The position numbers and the translations under genes were made by a program. The notes beneath the pieces are model-generated. The model was not told the DNA's origin and did no database searches. It worked only from the letters and a program-made list of their open reading frames with translations. Below, piece after piece: positions 9,718 through 17,668 of a DNA stretch of 39,917 bases (positions are counted from its first letter, which is position 1; the number at the start of each line of letters is the position of its first letter). Source of the stretch: Flavobacteriales bacterium (GTDB lineage: Bacteria > Bacteroidota > Bacteroidia > Flavobacteriales_H > JAHEZO01); contig JAHEZO010000006.1 of the NCBI GenBank assembly GCA_023250995.1, positions 1-39,917 of the forward strand, in the 5' to 3' direction.

Positions 9718-10641
9718 CTAAATATTTGTTTCCTTTACAATATACATCGGCCGGTTTCTGATGTTATTGCTCATCCGGCTGATATATTCGCCAATAATGC
9801 CAAGGCAAATCAGTTGAATCCCACCAATGAAAAGAACACTTAATATTAAGGAGGTCCAACCCTGTACAAAATCTTTTAAAATGAACCTTGAGTACAAGGC
9901 GTATAACATTAAAATAAATGCAACAAAGGAAACTGCAAACCCTGCAAGGGTGGCAAACTTTAACGGGAAATTGGAGAAAGATGTAATTCCATCGAGGGCA
10001 AAGCGCAACATTTTCTTAAACGGGTAACCCGTTTTTCCTGCATGTCTTTCATTTCTTTCATATTCCACAAATGTTTGGTTAAAGCCGGCCCAGGCAATTT
10101 GTCCGCGGAGGAACTTTTCCTGCTCGGGCATTTGCTTTAAAACCTCGGCAATTTTTTTATCAATAATCCTGAAATCACCCGTATCCAACGGAATATCAAT
10201 AGCGGTAATGGAAGAAAGAATCCGGTAAAAAATTTTTGCTGTAAGAAGTTTAAAAACACTTTCCCCTTTTCTTGTCTTCCGCTTTGCAAAAACAACTTCG
10301 TTCCCCTCTTTATATTTTTTATACATTTCCAAAATTAGTTCCGGAGGGTCTTGCAAATCAGCATCAATAATCACCATGGCATTTCCGGCTGCCAGGTCAA
10401 TTCCTGCACTCACCGCTACCTGATGACCGAAATTGCGGCTGAAATCAATGTATTTCACCGAGGGGTCTTCCGAGGATAATTTTTTAATCATCGCCATCGA
10501 ATTATCCCTGCTTCCATCGTTTACAAAAACCAATTCATAATGAGTTGTAATTTGAGAAACCACATTTTTCAAACGGGAATAGAGCAAGGTGATATTGCTG
10601 CTTTCGTTGTAAACCGGTATGATAATGGAAATATCTTTCAT
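9718..10641 (-). CDS. GT2 bactoprenol glycosyltransferase (GtrB/YkcC-like) with two C-terminal TM helices
   Basis: IPVYNE, VNDGSRD, FSRNFGHQ, DADLQDPP, TGDFR, LGIIGEYISR...RPMY. ATG 10641 likely start (ORF track starts at 10656). Confidence 0.93.
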   Translation of the reverse strand: MKDISIIIPVYNESSNITLLYSRLKNVVSQITTHYELVFVNDGSRDNSMAMIKKLSSEDPSVKYIDFSRNFGHQVAVSAGIDLAAGNAMVIIDADLQDPPELILEMYKKYKEGNEVVFAKRKTRKGESVFKLLTAKIFYRILSSITAIDIPLDTGDFRIIDKKIAEVLKQMPEQEKFLRGQIAWAGFNQTFVEYERNERHAGKTGYPFKKMLRFALDGITSFSNFPLKFATLAGFAVSFVAFILMLYALYSRFILKDFVQGWTSLILSVLFIGGIQLICLGIIGEYISRMSNNIRNRPMYIVKETNI

Positions 10642-10681
10642 TTTTTTAATTAGCAAATTTGCTAATCAGCTAATTATTTTT

Positions 10682-11335
10682 TTAAACCACCATCTCAGGA
10701 ATTTCCCCTTCCACAATCAATCTCCCCTGTGTTTTAGATTTAATTTCTTCCACCGTAACTCCGGGAGCCCGCTCAAGTAATTTAAAACCATCCGGTGTAA
10801 CATCCATAACGCAAAGCTCGGTAACAATTTTTTTAACACAATTAACTCCGGTGAGAGGCAGAGTACATTTTTTTAAAAGTTTGGAGTTCCCTGCTTTATC
10901 AGTATGCATCATCGTTACAATAATATTTTCAGCAGAGGCCACAAGATCCATTGCTCCTCCCATTCCTTTCACCATTTTCCCGGGTACTTTCCAGTTAGCG
11001 ATATCTCCTGTGTCGGTTACTTCCATGGCACCTAAAATAGTTAAATCCACATGCCTCCCCCTTATCATGGCAAAACTGGTGGCCGAATCAAAAAAACTTC
11101 CTCCCGGCAGAATTGTTACTGTTTGTTTGCCGGCATTTATTAAATCGGCTTGTTCTTCGCCTTCAAATGGAAATGGCCCCATTCCGAGCATTCCGTTTTC
11201 CGACTGAAATACCACTTTAATTCCTTCAGGGACATAATTCGCCACCAGCGTGGGAATTCCGATTCCAAGGTTTACATAATAGCCGTTCTTAAGTTCCCGG
11301 GCTATTCTTTTTGCGATTCCGTTTTTATCAAGCAT
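10682..11335 (-). CDS. scoB: 3-oxoacid CoA-transferase subunit B
   Basis: YVNLGIGIPT, QSENG (catalytic Glu), INAGKQ, GMGGAMDLV, KCTLPLTG. Confidence 0.95.
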   Translation of the reverse strand: MLDKNGIAKRIARELKNGYYVNLGIGIPTLVANYVPEGIKVVFQSENGMLGMGPFPFEGEEQADLINAGKQTVTILPGGSFFDSATSFAMIRGRHVDLTILGAMEVTDTGDIANWKVPGKMVKGMGGAMDLVASAENIIVTMMHTDKAGNSKLLKKCTLPLTGVNCVKKIVTELCVMDVTPDGFKLLERAPGVTVEEIKSKTQGRLIVEGEIPEMVV

Positions 11336-11338
11336 AGA

Positions 11339-11633
11339 TTAAAAAAAGTTGGGTGTTTTTTGAGGATTTACTACATTTATTTCTCTGAAATCTTTAAAGT
11401 GTTTTTCATTAAATGTGATGATGGAAGAAATTTTATGTTCAATCATCATGGCAGTAAGAATGGTGTCAAAAACAGATTGTTTTGAAATTCGGTATTTTTT
11501 TATCGGAGATTGAGGCATTAAAATCTCCATTCAATGCACCATTCACAATTTTAACCGACAACTTATGAAATGCAGAATTAAGATTGTAGGCATAAACAAG
11601 GATATTAGTATCTATCAGAAAGGAATTCTTCAT
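11339..11633 (-). pseudogene. PIN/VapC toxin with internal deletion and frameshift
   Basis: ATG 11633 gives MKNSFLIDTNILVYAYNLNSAFHK...SISDK (PIN N-terminus, absent from ORF track). The C-terminal part KKYRISKQSVFDTILTAMMIEHKISSIITFNEKHF is in another frame; the two meet at an A7 run near 11495-11501. Confidence 0.8.
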
Positions 11634-11814
11634 AAATATTCTGTCGGTCCAAATTCAAAATTTTTCCTAAATCACCCGTTGGGAAATGTTTTTTGTTGGT
11701 TTTTTTTTTCCTGGTCATGAGAAAATAAACAAGAATCCTGTATTTTCTTTTTACCTTGGGATGGGCAGAAAGGATAACTTTCCCGTTTTCATAAATGCCT
11801 TCAACTGCTTTCAT
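11605..11814 (-). CDS. Small antitoxin (AF2212/DUF104-like)
   Basis: MKAVEGIYENGKV N-terminus; 69 aa; overlaps the PIN start. Confidence 0.7.
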   Translation of the reverse strand: MKAVEGIYENGKVILSAHPKVKRKYRILVYFLMTRKKKTNKKHFPTGDLGKILNLDRQNIYEEFLSDRY

Positions 11815-11831
11815 TGAGAGATTATTTTAAT

Positions 11832-11839
11832 CAAAGATA
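11832..11839 (-). promoter_or_regulatory. -7 box (TATCTTTG) for the antitoxin-PIN(-scoB) unit
   Basis: Exact TAnnTTTG on the minus strand, with a TTTG about 22 nt further upstream. Confidence 0.45.
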
Positions 11840-11854
11840 AAAAAATATTGCATT

Positions 11855-14800
11855 TCAATTCACAAACAAATCCTTCTCCCCAACCAATTCCACTTTTCCA
11901 AATTTTTCAAGTCCTTTCATGTCTATCCGTTTTTTATCCCCAACAATTGAAATGGTAATTGGTTTTCCTTTTAATTCCCTGTTGTAAAATTCTACCAGAT
12001 TGGCAAAATTTAAATTGGGGTATAATCCATTTTTTATCTTGTTGGGGTCTTCCGAAAATCCCTGTTCCTGCCAGGCCTGGGTGGTTTCAATCAGATTTCT
12101 GAATGAAGGCCTTCGCGATTGCGATTTTTCTATTAAAGCTGTTTTAACCGAGTTCATCCGTTCTTCTTTTAATGGCATAAATAAAATTAATGAATCCATG
12201 GCCAAAAGAGCATCCATCGTTTTATCTCCCTGACATCCTACATAACCACTAAAAAGGGCATTTTTCCCTCTTAAAGGGGAAATATCAAATGTTGCATGAG
12301 TGGAATAGGCAAGTGATCTGAATTCCCTTATTTCCTGAAAAACCAAACTCGACATATCCCCGCCAAAATAATTGTTAAAGGCATCAATTACCGGCATTTC
12401 TTCAACTGAAAAGGCCTTGCCTTCAATATTAAAATTTATCTGGCTCTGCAAAACGTTACTTTTTTCGCAAACAACCACAGTGTTCTGGCTCCGGGCAACA
12501 CGGTCAATTACAATTTTCGGGGTTCGTACATTTTTAACAACCGGATAAAAATTTTCTAAAAAAATATTTTTGACCGATTGCGGGTCTTTTTTCCCGATAT
12601 AATTTATTGTTATTTCATATTCCTGTGCTGTTTTAAATGCCCCCACCATTTCTTTTCCTTTTAATTTGTTTAATTCAGCGGTTGATAGTTCCCTCAGAAA
12701 TTCAGAATTCTTTCCATATAAAACGTATTGCTGCAATGCATCGGAGATAAAAGAAGGCTCTCTTCTCGAAATTTTATGATCTGCGTTCATATCATCAATC
12801 AGCTTTTTCACTTTTTTGTCATCGGGTTTTACATGGGCGCAAAAAGAATTTACCAGTTGAATTGCCCCTGTGAGGTTTTCTTCGGCTCCGCCAATATTGA
12901 TTGAAAAGCTTTCTTCGGTAACCGAAAATGAAAAATCGCATCCTATTTTATAAAATTTTTCTTTCAACTCGTTGGCAGAAAGTGAATCGGTACCAAGCAT
13001 ATTAAGATATTGCGGACCATAAAACAGAAGGGGAATATTAAATTTCCCAACGCCAAATTTTATTTCCATACCGAAAACACTGTTGAATGGGTTCCTCACA
13101 AAATTCATTTCGATGCCTTTGGAAACATCTATCCGCTGCACATCTTTTTTAAAATCAACATATTTTGGAACAGGAGCAGCGGATGGAATTTTGCTGAATT
13201 CGCTCCTGAACGAAGAAAATGCCTCGCTTTTTGGAATGACCGGTTTGAATCCGGGTTTATCTAATTTTTCTTTTTTGGGAAATCCCATTTTAGAATAAAT
13301 GCATAAAAAATTGTCGCCATAGTATTGTTTTGCAACTCTGATAATTTCTTCTTTGGTAACCGAATTTATTTCTTTTTCATATTTTACATAATCACCCCAG
13401 GAGCGGTTTTGGGTAAAACAATCCGCCAGCTGCATCACCCTTTCGTTATTCGTTTCCCACCCCTTCTGGATTTCATTTTTTATTGAAAATTTAACCGCTT
13501 TTATTATCTCTTCATCAATGTTTCCATCCTGAATTTTCTTTATTTCATTTCGCACCATTTTTTCTACTGTACCTAATTTTTGCCCAACAATTTTTGGAAC
13601 AAAAATCAAAATGTTGGCACCATAGTCATTATATGGCAACGGGTAAATATAAGCTCCCATGAATTTACCGTCAATTACAAGTTTGTCAATTAAGCCCGTT
13701 TGTTTTTCATTGGATAAAAGCCGGTTGCAAATATCTACTGCGGCCCTGTCTTTATGCCCGTTTTGCGGTGCCCGGAAACCGAGCACCCCCATTTTTACCG
13801 GAGTCATTTTCAATTTAATAAATTCCCTTCCGTTAAAGGGGTCTTCTTTATATTCCGGGAAGTCAGGAATTTTTCCCATCCGCCAATCCCCAAATTTCTT
13901 TTCAATCACAGGCAATATTTCCTCGCTGTTAAAATCTCCGGCCAATATAAGGGCCATATTATTTGCAACATAATAGGTATTAAAATATTCATACATTTTT
14001 TTTAGGGGCGGATTTTTTAAATGTTCTGTTTTCCCAATTACAGTTTGCTGGCCATAAGGATGTTTTTTATAAAATTTTTCAAGAAATGTTTCGAAAAGTT
14101 TATTGAAGGCATTGTCGTTACCCCGGTTTTTCTCTTCATAAACGGTTTCCAGTTCCGATTGAAAAAGACGAAACACCGGCTGTTCAAACCGGTGGCTGTA
14201 AATTTCAAGCCAGCGTTCCGCCTGGTTTGATGGAAAAGTATTATGATAGGCGGTAAAATCTTCAGTGGTAAAAGCATTGGTTCCGGTGGATCCTATTTCG
14301 CCAAGGAGTTTATCAATTTCATTCGGAATGGCGAATTCGCCTGCCTTCACCGATTGCTCATTGATTTGCATCTGGATTTTTTTTCTTCCCTCAGGATCTT
14401 TTGTTTTTCCAAGCTCCTCATACAAATCATTTATTTTATCCAGAAATGGTTTTTCTCTTTCGTAATTGATGGTTCCCATGGTGGTGGTACCTTTAAATAG
14501 CATGTGTTCGAGATAATGGGCAAGGCCTGTGGCATCGGCCGGGTCATTTTTTCCTCCTGCTTTTACAACCACCATTCCGAAAACTTGTGGGATATCATGA
14601 TTTTCACTGAGTAAAACGGTTAACCCGTTTTTCAATACATATTGCTTTGTCTGAATCGGGTCATCAGGGAATGTTTTAAAACCTGTAGAGGGAATGGACT
14701 CCCTTAGCCCGGTCATTTCTCTCGGAAAATGGGGAACCCTTGGAACATTAATGGGAATTTGGGAAAAACATTTAGGGAAAGAAAAAGTAAATGTGAAAAG

Positions 14801-14872
14801 TAAAATTAACAATTTATGGAAAAATATTTTTGAAATTTTTCTGATACTATTTTGGCTGAATGGTTTTTTCAT
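11855..14872 (-). CDS. M16 (insulinase/PqqL-like) zinc peptidase, exported
   Basis: LKNGLTV, GLAHYLEHMLFKGT (HxxEH), NAFT, VYEEKN, HPYG, EIREFRSLAYS; signal peptide. Confidence 0.93.
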   Translation of the reverse strand: MKKPFSQNSIRKISKIFFHKLLILLFTFTFSFPKCFSQIPINVPRVPHFPREMTGLRESIPSTGFKTFPDDPIQTKQYVLKNGLTVLLSENHDIPQVFGMVVVKAGGKNDPADATGLAHYLEHMLFKGTTTMGTINYEREKPFLDKINDLYEELGKTKDPEGRKKIQMQINEQSVKAGEFAIPNEIDKLLGEIGSTGTNAFTTEDFTAYHNTFPSNQAERWLEIYSHRFEQPVFRLFQSELETVYEEKNRGNDNAFNKLFETFLEKFYKKHPYGQQTVIGKTEHLKNPPLKKMYEYFNTYYVANNMALILAGDFNSEEILPVIEKKFGDWRMGKIPDFPEYKEDPFNGREFIKLKMTPVKMGVLGFRAPQNGHKDRAAVDICNRLLSNEKQTGLIDKLVIDGKFMGAYIYPLPYNDYGANILIFVPKIVGQKLGTVEKMVRNEIKKIQDGNIDEEIIKAVKFSIKNEIQKGWETNNERVMQLADCFTQNRSWGDYVKYEKEINSVTKEEIIRVAKQYYGDNFLCIYSKMGFPKKEKLDKPGFKPVIPKSEAFSSFRSEFSKIPSAAPVPKYVDFKKDVQRIDVSKGIEMNFVRNPFNSVFGMEIKFGVGKFNIPLLFYGPQYLNMLGTDSLSANELKEKFYKIGCDFSFSVTEESFSINIGGAEENLTGAIQLVNSFCAHVKPDDKKVKKLIDDMNADHKISRREPSFISDALQQYVLYGKNSEFLRELSTAELNKLKGKEMVGAFKTAQEYEITINYIGKKDPQSVKNIFLENFYPVVKNVRTPKIVIDRVARSQNTVVVCEKSNVLQSQINFNIEGKAFSVEEMPVIDAFNNYFGGDMSSLVFQEIREFRSLAYSTHATFDISPLRGKNALFSGYVGCQGDKTMDALLAMDSLILFMPLKEERMNSVKTALIEKSQSRRPSFRNLIETTQAWQEQGFSEDPNKIKNGLYPNLNFANLVEFYNRELKGKPITISIVGDKKRIDMKGLEKFGKVELVGEKDLFVN

Positions 14873-14877
14873 TTTTA

Positions 14878-17010
14878 TTAAAATTTATAGCGCATTTGAA
14901 TTTTTACTTCCGTTTTTGTGTTTCCCTGAATTTCGCTCAGGCCGGAGCTAATCATGTTTTTGTTGTTGATATAAGTCTGCCCCAACCGAAGCCAAACATC
15001 AAATTTCCGGAGGAACTTATATTGAAAAATAACATACGTTCTAACCCCGCGGTAATAATAAGCCGGAATGGAATAGGCATACAAAACCTCATTTTCATAA
15101 GCGTAAATTCTCGAATTATATGATTCTGTTTCGAAAAGAGCAAAACGGAAAGAAAATGAAAAGGGGTTGCTGTGCGCCTTAAACATTACATCCTGGTAAA
15201 TTAAATAACCCGATTCGGGTTTCAGGTTTCCAAGTTGATATTTCAAAAACTCCACCCGGTTCCTTAGGGTTATATCCTCTGTAACTTTATATGAAGAATT
15301 AAACCTTAGGTTTTGTTTTTCCCTGTCAGCCAGATAATCTATGATGGCAGCAGGGTCTTTGGAATTTATGCCTGCAGTTTTTTGCCTGTAGCGTGTGTAA
15401 ATCTCAAGCTTTTTATTTGGTTTGTAGGTGAGCTGGGCCAGATAATCTGTTCCCCCTGAAGGAGCGTTAACCTGGTATTTCAACCATGGGAATTCAAACT
15501 TGTCAACAAACCCTGCAAAAGTGAAATCGGAATTTAATTTTGCATTAATTCCAAAGTACAACCCTTTTTCGTTATTGGTTCCGGTTGACTCAGAAAAGGC
15601 ATTGCTGTAAACCGAATTATAATTTCTTTGAAAATTACGGTGAAGTATTGAAACACTTACTTCGGGCGTAATGCTGGCAATAGCTCCGTTCAGAAAGGCA
15701 AAACCGCCACTTAAACTTCGGGCGACCTCCCCAAAAAAATTCAGATTACGGATAATAAAACTGTAATCAGCCCCCAGGTTTTGATTAGCGGAGGCATAAA
15801 AATCATATTGATTATATGCGTTGGTTTTTTTTTGCAGCCCCAATGCCCAAAGAGATTGAACTCCCGATAGTCCAAATTCAGCATTTTCCCTTTTGTAGGC
15901 AATATGGCCACCGGCAATCGTTTCCCCCACTTTGTTTTTATTAGCCACTTCATTGGGAGTTCGGTGAAATCCTGAAGTTTGAACCGAAACCAAAAAGGAT
16001 TCTTCCTGGGTACCGCTGGTATCAGTTGTTCTTGTAACCGAAGCATCAAGCCTTTGGGCGGATAAAAATCCGGTAATTTCAAATTTTTTGATTGCAATTG
16101 TGGTAGCGGCTCCACGCATAAATAAATTCTCCATGGCCGAAACAAAAGGCCGGATGGCCAAAGGATTTTTTTTAATATTCATCACATCGGCCGATTTTCT
16201 ATAGGCCAGTCCCGACCAAAAAGTTAAGCCTTGCCCGAAGTTTACCTGATAATCGCCCAGAGCGAGAAATTTTAATTTGCCGAAATTCCTGAAATAAAGG
16301 TGGGCGGAATAAAAATCAAAACCATTTTTCTGTGTCCCCTTAAAAAATTCTTCCCCGGGATCTTTTTCACAGGTTAATCCGGCACTGATGTTAGTTCTGA
16401 AATTGAAACGATACCTTGCATAAAGCTTATCAGGCCCTCCTAAGTATCGGCTGTTGGGGTTGGCAAGCAAGAGAGAATCGGAAGCAGGTTTAAATCCTTC
16501 CATTTGTTCCACTATCCTGGTTTCGCGTACAATTACCTGATTAACGCTGTTCCTCATCAGATCCTTAAAACCAATATGCGGAGAATTAAAATTATCGGTA
16601 ACCTTAATAAACGGGAGGATATTCTGAATGGTTTGCAGGTCGAATCCATCTACTGATTGCAATTCGTAAATAGAGATCAGTTTTCCGTTTTTTGAAATAT
16701 GATTGAGTAAATTATTAATCTGAACATCGGTGAGGAGGTTTAGTTGCTGTAGTTGCTCTTTTTCGGCAAAATTCAGGTCCAGCGGATTGTCGAAAAAAAA
16801 GAGGAGCTCATCAAACATTGTTGAGTAATCAATTTCTGTTTCCTCATTGGCTTCTGCAATGGTTTCGATTTTTTTTTCAATAATATAATTTTTTTGGGGT
16901 TCGGCAGGTTCCTGTGAAAAAACAACTTTTGGCAAAGAAAAACAGGTGAGAATTCCAAGGTAAAAAAAACCTTTCAAAAAAATAATTTTTTCAAATTTAT
17001 TTAGAGCCAT
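14878..17010 (-). CDS. Helix-hairpin-helix (ComEA-like) domain outer-membrane beta-barrel protein
   Basis: Signal peptide; NPLDLNFAEKEQLQQL...GKLISIYELQSVDGF HhH region; EKDPGE, GDYQVNFGQGL, RIYAYENE; ends in YKF. Confidence 0.85.
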   Translation of the reverse strand: MALNKFEKIIFLKGFFYLGILTCFSLPKVVFSQEPAEPQKNYIIEKKIETIAEANEETEIDYSTMFDELLFFFDNPLDLNFAEKEQLQQLNLLTDVQINNLLNHISKNGKLISIYELQSVDGFDLQTIQNILPFIKVTDNFNSPHIGFKDLMRNSVNQVIVRETRIVEQMEGFKPASDSLLLANPNSRYLGGPDKLYARYRFNFRTNISAGLTCEKDPGEEFFKGTQKNGFDFYSAHLYFRNFGKLKFLALGDYQVNFGQGLTFWSGLAYRKSADVMNIKKNPLAIRPFVSAMENLFMRGAATTIAIKKFEITGFLSAQRLDASVTRTTDTSGTQEESFLVSVQTSGFHRTPNEVANKNKVGETIAGGHIAYKRENAEFGLSGVQSLWALGLQKKTNAYNQYDFYASANQNLGADYSFIIRNLNFFGEVARSLSGGFAFLNGAIASITPEVSVSILHRNFQRNYNSVYSNAFSESTGTNNEKGLYFGINAKLNSDFTFAGFVDKFEFPWLKYQVNAPSGGTDYLAQLTYKPNKKLEIYTRYRQKTAGINSKDPAAIIDYLADREKQNLRFNSSYKVTEDITLRNRVEFLKYQLGNLKPESGYLIYQDVMFKAHSNPFSFSFRFALFETESYNSRIYAYENEVLYAYSIPAYYYRGVRTYVIFQYKFLRKFDVWLRLGQTYINNKNMISSGLSEIQGNTKTEVKIQMRYKF

Positions 17011-17054
17011 CCAGGGTTTTGAATAACTAACTGAGTTTACGCAAAAACATTAAT

Positions 17055-17114
17055 TTCCAAAATACAAATATCAAAATACAAATAATATTCAAAATCAAAA
17101 TTTCAATTATCAAA
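17055..17114. repeat. Degenerate 7-nt tandem repeats, left arm of the four-helix-bundle cassette
   Basis: caaaata caaatat caaaata caaataa ... caaaat caaaatt ... caattat caaa. Confidence 0.6.
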
Positions 17115-17121
17115 CCGTCTG

Positions 17122-17503
17122 CTAAATTGATTTTTCGATTATTGTCGAATAAATCTTCTCAAATTGATTTGCCTCGTCTTGTAAATGTTTTCCCTTATGT
17201 TCAAATTCCCGCGCATTTGCCTCATAAATTAATCGAAGAAAATATGCGCTTTCCTTTGCTTCGATATAATTACCTCCAACGGAACCTGACGATCTGATAA
17301 CTTGCTTTCCATCTTAAATAATATCGGTTGTTTTTGGAAAATTTTTAAAATATAAACGAACATTCTTAGCAAACTGAAATGTGCTTTCTTATACATAGTG
17401 CTACGTAGTTCAGGCGACATTTTTTCATTGGAGAATCATGTCGCCTATGCAATGAACGAAGTAGTAAGTCGAATGGCGGTTTAGAATTTTCTTTATTGGT
17501 TAT
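17122..17503 (-). pseudogene. Four-helix-bundle protein (23S rRNA IVP/bAvd-like) pseudogene
   Basis: Hand translation: (ATA)TNKENSKPPFDL[~73-nt insert]*ESTFQFAKNVRLYFKNFPKTTDII*DGKQVIRSSGSVGGNYIEA/KESAYFLRLIYEAN...IYSTIIEKSI*. Hallmark Q..RSSGSVG.NY.EA and KES.Y.LRL are present; the segment normally between them is missing. Confidence 0.85.
17392..17464. mobile_element. ~73-nt palindromic insertion (MITE/REP-like) inside the four-helix-bundle gene
   Basis: CTAC.TAGTTCA GGCGACAT ... ATGTCGCC ... TGAAC.AA GTAG nested inverted repeat; interrupts the DL/EE-x-T motif; TA at both junctions. Confidence 0.55.
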
Positions 17504-17547
17504 TGGAATTTTTTTGCAATTTGATAATTGTTATTTGTTATTTGAAA
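17493..17547. repeat. Degenerate 7-nt tandem repeats, right arm, complementary to 17055-17114
   Basis: ttattgg ttattgg ... caatttg ataattg ttatttg ttatttg. Confidence 0.6.
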
Positions 17548-17580
17548 TAGGGAGGTTCGTAAATCAGTTATTAACATACC

Positions 17581-17595
17581 ACCCCTGCGGGGTCG
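17581..17595. repeat. Single REP-like GC palindrome
   Basis: ACCCC-TGC-GGGGT(CG) in an AT-rich intergenic region. Confidence 0.4.
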
Positions 17596-17668
17596 AACCC
17601 CTTAAATGTGAATTTCTATTTTTTTCTATTTTCCAATTTTGCAAAATGTAATTTAAAAGTATAATTAT

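Noticed and set aside
17229-17420. 63-aa ORF
   Set aside because: Wrong frame of the four-helix-bundle pseudogene; its ATG lies in the inserted palindrome.
17122-17503. Diversity-generating retroelement (Avd-like gene near a repeat-rich adhesin)
   Set aside because: No reverse transcriptase in the window and no near-identical TR/VR pair differing at adenines was seen.
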